A model generated the notes under the pieces. That model worked only from the letters and a program-made list of their open reading frames with translations. It ran no database searches and was not told the DNA's origin. Shown one piece after another: positions 30,419 through 38,396 of a stretch of DNA of 39,784 bases. The translations under genes were made by a program, and so were the position numbers. Where the stretch lies: the IMG/VR virus record IMGVR_UViG_3300045988_082269, positions 1-39,784 of that record. One strand, given 5' to 3'. Each line of letters begins with the position of its first letter. The stretch's first letter is position 1. The stretch comes from a virus.

Positions 30419-32086
30419 CTACCAGCAGATTGCGCCGATTTTCGGCAGCTGTACTTGACCGGTTCCCAATTCACTCTCGATTGCAATGCTTGCAACGAGA
30501 GCCATAAAGGGGTCGGTTTTCCGGCTTTTGGCCTCGATTTTTGCATAGATGAAATTTCCGGTATCCACGCCCTGACTCCGGCTGCTCCGGACGCGCTTGG
30601 TGTTGTTGGTCGCCCATCGCAGGTGAGGGGAGTCGCCCCAAGTGAACAGCTGCCGGTCAAAGCAGTCCTGAATCACCGGATCGGCTTGCATAATGTCGCT
30701 TGGGCGGATCAGCTTGACCCGGGATTTGTCTTGCGCGTCAAATCCGATACTCTGCATCGCTTCCGCCATCATGGTGTACCGGAAATGGTCAAGCGCAATT
30801 TTTTTGACGGTGTATTTTGACGCTGCATTTCGGATGAAGTCGGTCAGCAGATACGGGGAGATGCTGACATCGTCCACATAGGTGCAGCAGCCCATCTCGC
30901 ACCAATGTTTCCACGGTGCCTTGATCCGGGTGAGCGTCTTGCTCTGGGCACAGATCCATGCGTGATTGATATCATACCGATCATCCCCGCGCCGGAAATG
31001 CAAGTTGACCGCCGCCCAGTCGTTCAGCTCGGCGTAGTCGATGCCGACGGTACACGTCCAGCCGGTCATATCCGGAAGGGGGCGGTTTGTGAGCCGGATC
31101 TTTTCGTAGTCCGTTACGGCGATTTCTTTCGCTCCGTCCCGGATACCCATCCGCTTCGTAATAAAATCCCCGTTCTGTTCCGGGTGATCTAACCAGTCAT
31201 GGTATTCATCGCGCGTCTCCTTCCACAAGTCTGGCAGATAGGGGAGGGAGGGGTTGGCTTTCGGCCAGTTCTGCTCATCATGCACTTCGTCTTTCGAGTC
31301 CAGACAGCAGATGTACGGCAGAAAGCCCCGATCCTCTTCACCCTCAAATAGAATTCTTCGGCCACGAGCCAGATAGTCATCCAGCGGCCCGTCGGACACG
31401 TCTCCATTCGACGTGAAAAAACCGACCCGAGGCTCCGCGACTTTGCCTTGGCCGGTGATGAAAACTTTGATATTGTCGTAATTTTGATATTGGTGAACTT
31501 CGTTGAAGATCACCGCGCCGGAGCGCATACCGTCGCGCCCTTTGGGGTTGTTGGTACGGCCTTTGACCTCGCCCAGATTCTTGCGGCCTCTCAGAATCTC
31601 CTTGGTATGGTAATAGTACTTTGACAGCTTTGCCTCGTACTTTGGATTTTCCAGAGCTTCCACAATATCCTTGACGGGGGTGACGGCCTGTTCCTCGTTG
31701 TTGGCGCAGATATCGACGTTGTAATGGTTCACCGTATTGTAAGGGCTGATAAGCGCGGCGGATGAAAGAGCGATCACGCCGTCTTTTCCCGCACCACGCC
31801 CGACCATCCCGAACAGCGTTTTGAAGCGGGGGCTTCCGTCGGCATTGTATGTGCATAGCCAGAGGCCCAGCACAAACTTTTGCCACGGAAAAAGCCGTTC
31901 ATAAGGAAAATACCGGGCGAGTCCAAAATATTTTTGCATTCGCTCGGTATCCACATGGATGTTTTCAGTTTCAAAAATTTTGCGGATCAATGCGGCCAGC
32001 GCGTGCTGCTCCCTGTTGGCCCGCGGGTTGTCGGCCTCCACCTGCTCGATGTATTCCAGAATCTCTGGTGGGATGTTACAGCTCAT
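30419..32086 (-). CDS. terL: Terminase large subunit, 555 aa
   Basis: ORF trimmed to ATG 32084-32086, which overlaps the terS stop. Walker A-like GRGAGKDG. Confidence 0.9.
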   Translation of the reverse strand: MSCNIPPEILEYIEQVEADNPRANREQHALAALIRKIFETENIHVDTERMQKYFGLARYFPYERLFPWQKFVLGLWLCTYNADGSPRFKTLFGMVGRGAGKDGVIALSSAALISPYNTVNHYNVDICANNEEQAVTPVKDIVEALENPKYEAKLSKYYYHTKEILRGRKNLGEVKGRTNNPKGRDGMRSGAVIFNEVHQYQNYDNIKVFITGQGKVAEPRVGFFTSNGDVSDGPLDDYLARGRRILFEGEEDRGFLPYICCLDSKDEVHDEQNWPKANPSLPYLPDLWKETRDEYHDWLDHPEQNGDFITKRMGIRDGAKEIAVTDYEKIRLTNRPLPDMTGWTCTVGIDYAELNDWAAVNLHFRRGDDRYDINHAWICAQSKTLTRIKAPWKHWCEMGCCTYVDDVSISPYLLTDFIRNAASKYTVKKIALDHFRYTMMAEAMQSIGFDAQDKSRVKLIRPSDIMQADPVIQDCFDRQLFTWGDSPHLRWATNNTKRVRSSRSQGVDTGNFIYAKIEAKSRKTDPFMALVASIAIESELGTGQVQLPKIGAICW

Positions 32087-32423
32087 CGTCCTCTTCCGGC
32101 TTTGCCGCCATAAACTTGTAAGTCTGGACGATCCGCAGCAGCGTCGAAACGGTGGAGTTGGCTGCACTTGCGGTCTGTCCATAGGCCTGAATCGCTGGAT
32201 TTGGAACTTCGCGTTCCGTTCCCCGGGGAGTGACCTGAATGATGGTCATCCCGTTGGCTTTGATGTCAGCTTGAGACTTTTCCAGCAGATCCAGCTGATC
32301 GAGATACCGGTCAAGCGTGGTGCGGTACAGGAAATTTGTGTCGCATCCGGCAGCTTTGGCCGCTTCCTCGATTTCAGCGAGTTCGGCCTGATACTTTTTT
32401 CGGGCGTTTTCCACTTTCACCAT
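32076..32423 (-). CDS. terS: Terminase small subunit (P27-like), 115 aa
   Basis: ORF trimmed to ATG 32421-32423. Size and position lie between HNH and terL. Confidence 0.7.
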   Translation of the reverse strand: MVKVENARKKYQAELAEIEEAAKAAGCDTNFLYRTTLDRYLDQLDLLEKSQADIKANGMTIIQVTPRGTEREVPNPAIQAYGQTASAANSTVSTLLRIVQTYKFMAAKPEEDDEL

Positions 32424-32572
32424 GGTGATTTCCTTTCTGTCCGGCTTGTACAATATGACGGAGTTTCCCGCGCGTGCGCGTGCGCGCAACTCCAGCTGGA
32501 AAGTCAGGGCACCCTCCGAGTATAGGGGGTAGCCTGCTGGCGGGTTTTTCCAGACGGGGGGGGGTGTGCTGC
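32424..32572. other. Candidate cos/packaging-initiation region
   Basis: 149-bp gap between HNH and terS. Contains the 19-nt alternating run CGCGCGTGCGCGTGCGCGC (32469-32487) and a G9 run (32556-32564). Confidence 0.35.
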
Positions 32573-32929
32573 TCAGTCCCAGCGTTCACGAGTCAGCGGC
32601 GGTGCGTGCGCCGACTTGTGCAGCCGTTCCGGGTGGCAGACTGTCTCGTGGCAGTCCTTGCACACGCTGATAAGGTTGCGTTGTGCTTTGCCGTCGGCGT
32701 CTCGATACCAGATATCCAGTGCTTTGTCCGGTGCATCCTTGACGTGATTGACATGATGCACCAACTCGGCGCGTTTGTATCTGCCGCGCTGCTTGCAGAT
32801 CTGGCACTCGTGCTGATCCATGTCGAGTACGCGGTGTGACAGCCCGACCCACTGCGAAGTGCAATAGAATGGATGTACATCTCCGGACGCGATCAAAGAC
32901 CGGAGCCAATTTAAAAACTGTTCGGTCAT
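32573..32929 (-). CDS. HNH endonuclease (packaging-associated), 118 aa
   Basis: ECQICKQRG...HHVNHV...CKDCH motifs. Adjacent to terS. Confidence 0.85.
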   Translation of the reverse strand: MTEQFLNWLRSLIASGDVHPFYCTSQWVGLSHRVLDMDQHECQICKQRGRYKRAELVHHVNHVKDAPDKALDIWYRDADGKAQRNLISVCKDCHETVCHPERLHKSAHAPPLTRERWD

Positions 32930-32946
32930 ATTTGTATCCTCAACAA

Positions 32947-33019
32947 TGCCGCGTGCAGGAGTTGAACCTGCAACGATCCGGTTATGAGCCGGGTGCTCTG
33001 CCTGTTGAGCTAACGCGGC
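32947..33019 (-). tRNA. tRNA-Met (anticodon CAU; could instead be lysidine-type Ile2), 73 nt, no encoded CCA
   Basis: Hand-folded. Acceptor GCCGCGT/ACGCGGC, D-stem GCTC/GAGC, anticodon loop CTCATAA, T-arm GCAGG-TTCAACT-CCTGC, discriminator A. Confidence 0.8.
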
Positions 33020-33070
33020 ACAACAAAAACCTCCCCGATGCACATCACACATCGAGGAGGTTCAAATAAA

Positions 33071-33319
33071 TCAACATATACCCGCCGTGTACCAGCAGCA
33101 GGTTTGCGCCGGATAACAGGCCGACGCACCTTGTGTACAGCCGCGGCCTCCGATCTCTGCCCTCGGCTCACGCTTCGTGCGGCTCGCCTGAAAACCGATA
33201 CTCCAGACGATGCACACGAAATTGCTTTTAAATGCCCTTTGAAAAATTTCCCGGAATACAGGTGCAAGCACGCAGCTTTTTGCACGAAGTCGAAACAGTT
33301 TGCTGAAAAGCTCAAGCAT
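33071..33319 (-). CDS. Questionable small ORF, 82 aa, with Cys-rich tail (…GCTQGASACYPAQTCCWYTAGIC)
   Basis: ATG 33317-33319 lies 7 nt after GAAAGGAG, 21 nt downstream of palindrome copy 3. The composition is atypical. Confidence 0.3.
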   Translation of the reverse strand: MLELFSKLFRLRAKSCVLAPVFREIFQRAFKSNFVCIVWSIGFQASRTKREPRAEIGGRGCTQGASACYPAQTCCWYTAGIC

Positions 33320-33339
33320 TGATTGCACTCCTTTCTTGA

Positions 33340-33358
33340 GGTGTCCACTGTGGACACC
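33340..33358. repeat. 19-bp perfect palindrome GGTGTCCACTGTGGACACC, copy 3 of 3
   Basis: Read directly. The T7 run lies on the plus strand, not on the gene strand. Confidence 0.95.
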
Positions 33359-33546
33359 CGCCGGGGATTTTTTTGTGGTTTCGGGTGCGCCGCTGGATTT
33401 TGGAGCGGACGGCGCAATATCCATTGAGCACGGTGGAAATTTCAAAATGCCGTGCTATGCTTCCCGCCGGGATGTCTCACCACAATGATGACGGTTCATT
33501 GGCTACTCCCAATGTCCGTATTATGATTATAGCACATCAAAAATGC

Positions 33547-33609
33547 GCAATCCGGGCAAATCGTGCATTTCGGTCATTTTGTGCGTTTTGCTGCAATCCG
33601 TGCATTTCG
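33547..33609. repeat. Imperfect direct repeats GCAATCCG...CGTGCATTTCG
   Basis: 33547-33572 (with a 7-nt insert) and 33593-33609, in an AT-rich non-coding stretch. Confidence 0.7.
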
Positions 33610-33715
33610 TGTACGGGAATTACGATGTTACGAGGAACACACTTTTGAAAGTATGACTTATTCGAGCCGATTTTACCTATTTCCCTTGAATACTTTGAAA
33701 AATGTTTTAGATTTT

Positions 33716-33964
33716 CTATAATTTCTCGTTTTGTTCTCGCAAATCGCGTCCGCAAACAGGACAGAAATTGGGATACCAAAAATCGGCACCGCCCTCATAA
33801 TACGGTCCAATATAAATTTTTCCGTTTTTATCCGCGCCAATAACAAGGTAAGTGTACCACGATTCCTTATTAAGGATTTTCTGGCTTTTTTCTTCGTCGT
33901 AGCAAGTTTTTCCGTTTAATGGATGCTCATAAAATCGGGGAATTATTTCACAATACTCACACAT
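33716..33964 (-). CDS. Zinc-ribbon protein, 82 aa
   Basis: ORF trimmed to ATG 33962-33964, which overlaps the upstream stop. CEYC...CPVC motifs. AT-rich. Confidence 0.6.
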   Translation of the reverse strand: MCEYCEIIPRFYEHPLNGKTCYDEEKSQKILNKESWYTYLVIGADKNGKIYIGPYYEGGADFWYPNFCPVCGRDLREQNEKL

Positions 33965-34622
33965 CAGCATCCTCCAATATAGTTTCGATTTCATTGTTCA
34001 GCCACGTTACCAGCGCATAGGTCGCGTGTTGAATTTTTCTTTTCAGCTTGATAGGTTCCTGATCCAGAAGAGGTGAACCATCATCGTTGTTTCGCCACCA
34101 CAGCCGGTTCCAATTCGGGCAGGATGGATTTTCGCAGTCGTAGTAATGGGCAGAGAATCCTTTCCATGTTGGTTCTAACCAATCGTGGTACTTTCGGAAC
34201 TTGCACCCCGCACACGGGTTTGCAGGCTCTTCCTCTTTTGCTACTTTCCGCCTCCACTCTTCGGCTGTGAGCGTTTTGACCCGTTTGATTTTATCTTTTG
34301 GATGGTCTTTGAGCCAGATGGGGCAGGTGTGGTCTTCACAGCATTGCTCAAAAACTTCATCATCCGCATATAACGACGTAAGATTTGAGCAGCCTTCGCA
34401 TGGGTCGGAAGAATCTTTGCACATCTCGTAGTGCAGTTGGTTTATCGTGTCAGAATTTTTTCTTTCAAGGTCATCTTTTCTCATAGTCTCAATATAGGCG
34501 TATCGGGAAGAATCCAGATAATCCTTTATTTCTTGATCTAATCCTGCCGCCCGAATTTGTTCCATAGTAATCAGGCCGCACTTCAAATCACTTGCAAGCC
34601 GTCGAAAGCCTTCATCTGTCAT
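33957..34622 (-). CDS. Cys-rich hypothetical protein, 221 aa
   Basis: Multiple CxxC/CC motifs (CEGC, CCEDHTC, CAGC, CENPSC). AT-rich. Confidence 0.65.
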   Translation of the reverse strand: MTDEGFRRLASDLKCGLITMEQIRAAGLDQEIKDYLDSSRYAYIETMRKDDLERKNSDTINQLHYEMCKDSSDPCEGCSNLTSLYADDEVFEQCCEDHTCPIWLKDHPKDKIKRVKTLTAEEWRRKVAKEEEPANPCAGCKFRKYHDWLEPTWKGFSAHYYDCENPSCPNWNRLWWRNNDDGSPLLDQEPIKLKRKIQHATYALVTWLNNEIETILEDADV

Positions 34623-34653
34623 TATTGGTCTCCTTTAAATGCGCTGTATTTCT

Positions 34654-34851
34654 CTATATTTCATTTATCGGGAGTCCGCAATTAGGGCAATATAAAAGTT
34701 GGGTTGTTCCGTTACTGTTCATGGAATATATTAGATTATCATCTCTATGATACCACGCTATTGTAGAGCACCCGAAGGACACATATCCGCCAAGTTCTTC
34801 CAAAGCGTCTTTAGATTGTCTAATAAAATCACACACAGGACAGTTTTTCAT
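34654..34851 (-). CDS. Small zinc-ribbon protein, 65 aa
   Basis: CPVC...CPNC motifs. Confidence 0.6.
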   Translation of the reverse strand: MKNCPVCDFIRQSKDALEELGGYVSFGCSTIAWYHRDDNLIYSMNSNGTTQLLYCPNCGLPINEI

Positions 34852-34856
34852 TTGCC

Positions 34857-35300
34857 TTACCTCACATTCTTCTTAATCCACCGATCCACTCGACTTCGGA
34901 TGGCTTCAGAGCCGACATCAATTCCCTGCTCCATAAACTCAACCGCAACTTCTTGCGGTTTCTTGCCCTCGATGCAGACCGCAGAAAGCATCGCGCGAAG
35001 CTCCACATCCTCGCAGCTTTCCACAAGCCGGACGGCCTCGGTGTACTCTGCCCGCTGCTCGCGGTTCTTTTTCCGGAGATATCGGATCTCTTCTTCCCGC
35101 CGGGAAAACGCTGTATCCGTTCCGGTCACGGTGGCATGGCCGATGATGCAGGCGTTTCCCTCACCGCGGGAAGACTTGACCACATCGGATGCACTCTGAG
35201 GACCTTCGGCCTGCATCGCTTCCAGCCGCTCGATCCGCAGCTTGCGTCTCTCGATATCGTATGGAATAGCGTACAGTTTCCGAAACTCTCGCGGTGTCAT
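34857..35300 (-). CDS. Putative phage transcriptional activator (sigma region-4-like, DUF1492/ArpU-like), 147 aa
   Basis: RBS GAGGAGG. C-terminal ELRAMLSAVCIEGKKPQEVAVEFMEQGIDVGSEAIRSRVDRWIKKN is HTH-like. Confidence 0.5.
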   Translation of the reverse strand: MTPREFRKLYAIPYDIERRKLRIERLEAMQAEGPQSASDVVKSSRGEGNACIIGHATVTGTDTAFSRREEEIRYLRKKNREQRAEYTEAVRLVESCEDVELRAMLSAVCIEGKKPQEVAVEFMEQGIDVGSEAIRSRVDRWIKKNVR

Positions 35301-35316
35301 CCGATTGCCTCCTCAT

Positions 35317-36453
35317 TTATTGCAAGTCAAGATAATTTGCCAGACTTATCAATGCGTCGTTATATAGTTCCCATCCGATCGTCTTGAACATTCCGTCGTT
35401 CAGGATGATCGCGTACCGCTCGTGTTCGCCCGGTGCAAGGCCGTAAGCATCCCGCTGCGTGTCACACAATTTCCACAGATATGCCCCGCCGGGAAGGGAA
35501 TGCTTGTAAAAATCCAGCTGTAACGTCCACAGATTCCTCTCAAACTCCCAGACGGCGTTCTTGCTCAGCTCTTTTTCGGCCAGTTTAAGCAGGGTACTGT
35601 ACCCACGTTTTTCTGGTTCAGCCGGTACGGTTTCCATGACCTCGTTCGGACTGTCATGGGTTTCTGTGGCTTTCGCTGGCATTCTATGGGCTTCTGCGGC
35701 TTCCCGATGGGCTCTTTCCACCATCTCGATAGCTTCCGGTGGAAGGTTCCACTCTGCATAATCCGGGTTCTGCGGTAACGTTTTCGGCGGTTCGTTTTTT
35801 GGAGGTTCCGGCTGCTTTGCTTTTCGTTGGGTTTCGGCTACGCTCTGGGCGTACCGGTAAGCTTCCATCAAGCCGATTTCGCCCCGGTGCAATTTGCCCT
35901 TGATATCCTCGGTGCAGTTGGCGGAAATTGCATTCAGCCGGGCAAGGGTTCCGCTTCCTTCGCCCAGAATCTTGCACAAGGCGTCTCTGACTTTGCCCTC
36001 CAGCTGTCCGGCCTGCTTTTTTGCGGTCAGTGCATCTTTCAGGGCTTCATACTGCGCCAGACGTTCGCCGTCGGTCAGCTCCCGCGCTGTTGCGTTGGCC
36101 GTAATCAAAGCGATTCGGTCATCCAGCTCGCCCTTGCTCTCGAGGATGATGCAGGGCAGGGAGGAAAACCGGTCATCACCATTGTCCAGCAGCTCTTGGC
36201 ACGCCGTCAACCGACGCTCGCCGCCGATCAGCTTGTACGTCATGCCGCCCGTTTGCACAACTTCCAACGGTTGGCGCACGCCATTTTTCCGGATATCCTC
36301 GGCCAGCTGGGAAACATCGCCTACATGGTAGATTTTGTTATCTGGATTCGGGATGATCCAGTCGATCGGCAGCATCTCCACCTGCATCGGCACCCCCGCC
36401 GGGTCAGAGCCTTGCGTATTCAGCAGGCCACTCAGTAATCCTACGCTGCTCAT
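35317..36453 (-). CDS. parB: ParB/Srx-domain protein with an unknown C-terminal domain, 378 aa
   Basis: ORF trimmed to ATG 36451-36453. ParB N-terminal box IGGERRLTA. ATGA coupling to the upstream gene. Confidence 0.8.
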   Translation of the reverse strand: MSSVGLLSGLLNTQGSDPAGVPMQVEMLPIDWIIPNPDNKIYHVGDVSQLAEDIRKNGVRQPLEVVQTGGMTYKLIGGERRLTACQELLDNGDDRFSSLPCIILESKGELDDRIALITANATARELTDGERLAQYEALKDALTAKKQAGQLEGKVRDALCKILGEGSGTLARLNAISANCTEDIKGKLHRGEIGLMEAYRYAQSVAETQRKAKQPEPPKNEPPKTLPQNPDYAEWNLPPEAIEMVERAHREAAEAHRMPAKATETHDSPNEVMETVPAEPEKRGYSTLLKLAEKELSKNAVWEFERNLWTLQLDFYKHSLPGGAYLWKLCDTQRDAYGLAPGEHERYAIILNDGMFKTIGWELYNDALISLANYLDLQ

Positions 36454-36473
36454 TTTTGTTCTCCTTTCGGCGG
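36449..36473. repeat. 25-bp junction repeat CTCATTTTTGTTCTCCTTTCGGCGG, copy 1 (identical to 36977..37001)
   Basis: Read directly. Spans the DUF551 C-terminus (PPKGEQK), its stop and the parB start. Confidence 0.95.
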
Positions 36474-36917
36474 TAAAGGCATCCATCCCACCACAGGACA
36501 GTCTATCTTGTTGTTGTAAACATCGTCCGGGTTGAAGTGGCGGTATTCCCACCATCCTTCCGGGATTCGGTAGTCATCCCGTTCCTCGTCGTATGTTCCC
36601 CAATCGGGGAGATCTTCCCAATTCCATTCGCTGTCCTCGGAGAAAACATTTCCGTCCTCGTAGTGCGCCGTTGTAATGCCCAGATAGTCATCACGCCGGT
36701 ACAAAACCAGCACTTCGGTTTCGACCTTCGGAGGATTTTTGTTGGGGTCGTTCCACAGTGGTATTATTTTTTCTGAATCAATAATTGGCAGTTTTTTCAG
36801 TTCGTCAATTTCGATTTCAACAGACTCTTCGCAAGTAAGAACTTCCGTAGTGTCTCTGAGAGATTTCAGCTCTTCCTTGAGTTGTTTCAGAACAGGCTCA
36901 ATATCGACCAGTCTCAT
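36450..36917 (-). CDS. DUF551-like protein, paralog 2 (cassette B), 155 aa
   Basis: ATG 36915-36917 lies 8 nt after GGAGGG. C-terminal VVGWMPLPPKGEQK. Confidence 0.7.
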   Translation of the reverse strand: MRLVDIEPVLKQLKEELKSLRDTTEVLTCEESVEIEIDELKKLPIIDSEKIIPLWNDPNKNPPKVETEVLVLYRRDDYLGITTAHYEDGNVFSEDSEWNWEDLPDWGTYDEERDDYRIPEGWWEYRHFNPDDVYNNKIDCPVVGWMPLPPKGEQK

Positions 36918-36975
36918 TTCATTCACCCTCCGCAATTTTTTTGACCGCCGCGGCCAGCTGCTTATACTGTGCGCT
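36895..36975. repeat. 81-bp junction repeat, copy A (78/81 identical to 37375..37455)
   Basis: Contains a relic of the parA 3' end, its stop, the RBS and the first 8 codons of the DUF551 gene. Confidence 0.95.
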
Positions 36976-36981
36976 ACTCAT
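36919..36981 (-). pseudogene. Chimeric 20-codon mini-ORF MSSAQYKQLAAAVKKIAEGE (parB start fused to parA C-terminal tail)
   Basis: Its ATG overlaps the stop of 36978..37397 exactly as the parB ATG does at 36450-36453. The last 18 codons match the parA C-terminus. Confidence 0.6.
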
Positions 36982-37001
36982 TTTTGTTCTCCTTTCGGCG
37001 G
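36977..37001. repeat. 25-bp junction repeat, copy 2
   Basis: Identical to 36449..36473. Confidence 0.95.
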
Positions 37002-37397
37002 TTCTGAAATCCACATCCAATGGGTAACGTCATCCAACGGAATGCACTCTCTGCTTTCCATCCAGTCTGGTTTTCTTTCTTCTCCGCAAGAGCTTTGCCA
37101 AAAAGCAATCAATCGGTCTCCGTCCGCACACGCTACCAATACGTCCTCTGATTCTGGCGGAAGTGCATCTTCCACCCTAGTCCATAATTTTTTTGTAATG
37201 TCTTCTGTTTTGACCAAAGGAGCTTTTTCAAGGCTATTTGCAAGTCCGTTCAAAAAGTCGGACAGTCCTTCCTTGATTACAGCCTTGTCTTGGCATTCTT
37301 TTGTTTTTATTTTTCTCAAATTTTCGGCAGATTTTTTGATGTTCTCAACGGAAGATTTCCATCCGGCGACAATAGGCTCAATATCGACCAACTTCAT
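36978..37397 (-). CDS. DUF551-like protein, paralog 3 (cassette A), 139 aa
   Basis: ATG 37395-37397 lies 1 nt after the parA stop. C-terminal THWMWISEPPKGEQK. Confidence 0.7.
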   Translation of the reverse strand: MKLVDIEPIVAGWKSSVENIKKSAENLRKIKTKECQDKAVIKEGLSDFLNGLANSLEKAPLVKTEDITKKLWTRVEDALPPESEDVLVACADGDRLIAFWQSSCGEERKPDWMESRECIPLDDVTHWMWISEPPKGEQK

Positions 37398-37455
37398 TTC
37401 ATTCACCCTCCGCAATTTTTTTGACCGCCGCGGCCAGCTGCTTATACTGTGCGCT
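37375..37455. repeat. 81-bp junction repeat, copy B (the authentic parA 3' end)
   Basis: Offset is exactly 480 nt from copy A. Confidence 0.95.
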
Positions 37456-38193
37456 CGACGGAATGTTGGGCGTGTGCCGGTGCAGCGGCTTATGCGCTGC
37501 CTTGGCTTCCTTGACCTTGACGCTGTAGTTGATCCGCATCACGCTGCCATCCTCGTTCCGGAAAGCCGGAATGGGAAGATTTGCGATCTGATTGACGGTC
37601 TGCATTGAGTACCGCCCCCGGTCATACTTGGTGGCAAGCACGCCCATGACCTCAAGCTGCGAGTTGTACCCGTGCTGGACGTCTCGCACCTGATCCATGA
37701 TCTCGGCCAGACCGTCTAACGCCCATTCGTCGCAGTCCACCGGGATGATGACCCAATCGGCAGCGACCAGAGCGTTGATGGTCGCCATGTCGATATCGGG
37801 TGGGCAATCGAAAATGCAGTAGTCATACTCGCTGCGGAGCGGCTCAAGGGCATTTTTCAGCCGGTCGGCCTGCGGGCGGCGGACGTCGAACATGACGTTT
37901 TTGTTTGCCAGAAGCATGGTCATGTTGCTGGGCGCAATGTCCACGCCGGGGAAATCGGTGTGCCGGATCACGTCGGGCAGCTTGACCCGGAGTTCCAGCA
38001 CGTCGCCCATCGTGTCCGTCGTATCCGAAAACCGGTTGAAAAACTTGGTGCTGTTGGCCTGCTTGTCCAGATCCATGACCAGCACCCGCCGGGAATGCAA
38101 TTCGGCGAGGATGCAGGCCAGATTGCAGGCGGTGACGGACTTGCCGACGCCGCCCTTGAGGTTGATGATTGCGATCTTGTTCATGTTGACCAT
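37399..38193 (-). CDS. parA: ParA/Soj-family partition ATPase, 264 aa
   Basis: ORF trimmed to ATG 38191-38193, after AAGGAGG. Deviant Walker A box KGGVGKS. Confidence 0.85.
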   Translation of the reverse strand: MVNMNKIAIINLKGGVGKSVTACNLACILAELHSRRVLVMDLDKQANSTKFFNRFSDTTDTMGDVLELRVKLPDVIRHTDFPGVDIAPSNMTMLLANKNVMFDVRRPQADRLKNALEPLRSEYDYCIFDCPPDIDMATINALVAADWVIIPVDCDEWALDGLAEIMDQVRDVQHGYNSQLEVMGVLATKYDRGRYSMQTVNQIANLPIPAFRNEDGSVMRINYSVKVKEAKAAHKPLHRHTPNIPSSAQYKQLAAAVKKIAEGE

Positions 38194-38216
38194 TGTGATG
38201 TTTTCCTCCTTGTGGG

Positions 38217-38396
38217 TTATTTTCCGTTTTTGCGCTTGAGGCGTTCGGCCGCAAGCTGAATGTCCGTCCACCGCTCCTCGAACCAGATTCGGAAGGGCGG
38301 ACAGGTGCGGTATGCGCTGTTGGAGCAGATCTTTCCGCACGCCTCGCAGTTTCGGCAGGGGCTGTCCGGCATACTGAGCGTGATTTTCTTAGCCAT
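38217..38396 (-). CDS. Small Cys-rich protein, 59 aa
   Basis: ORF trimmed to ATG 38394-38396, which overlaps the upstream stop. CRNCEACGKIC motif. Confidence 0.55.
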   Translation of the reverse strand: MAKKITLSMPDSPCRNCEACGKICSNSAYRTCPPFRIWFEERWTDIQLAAERLKRKNGK

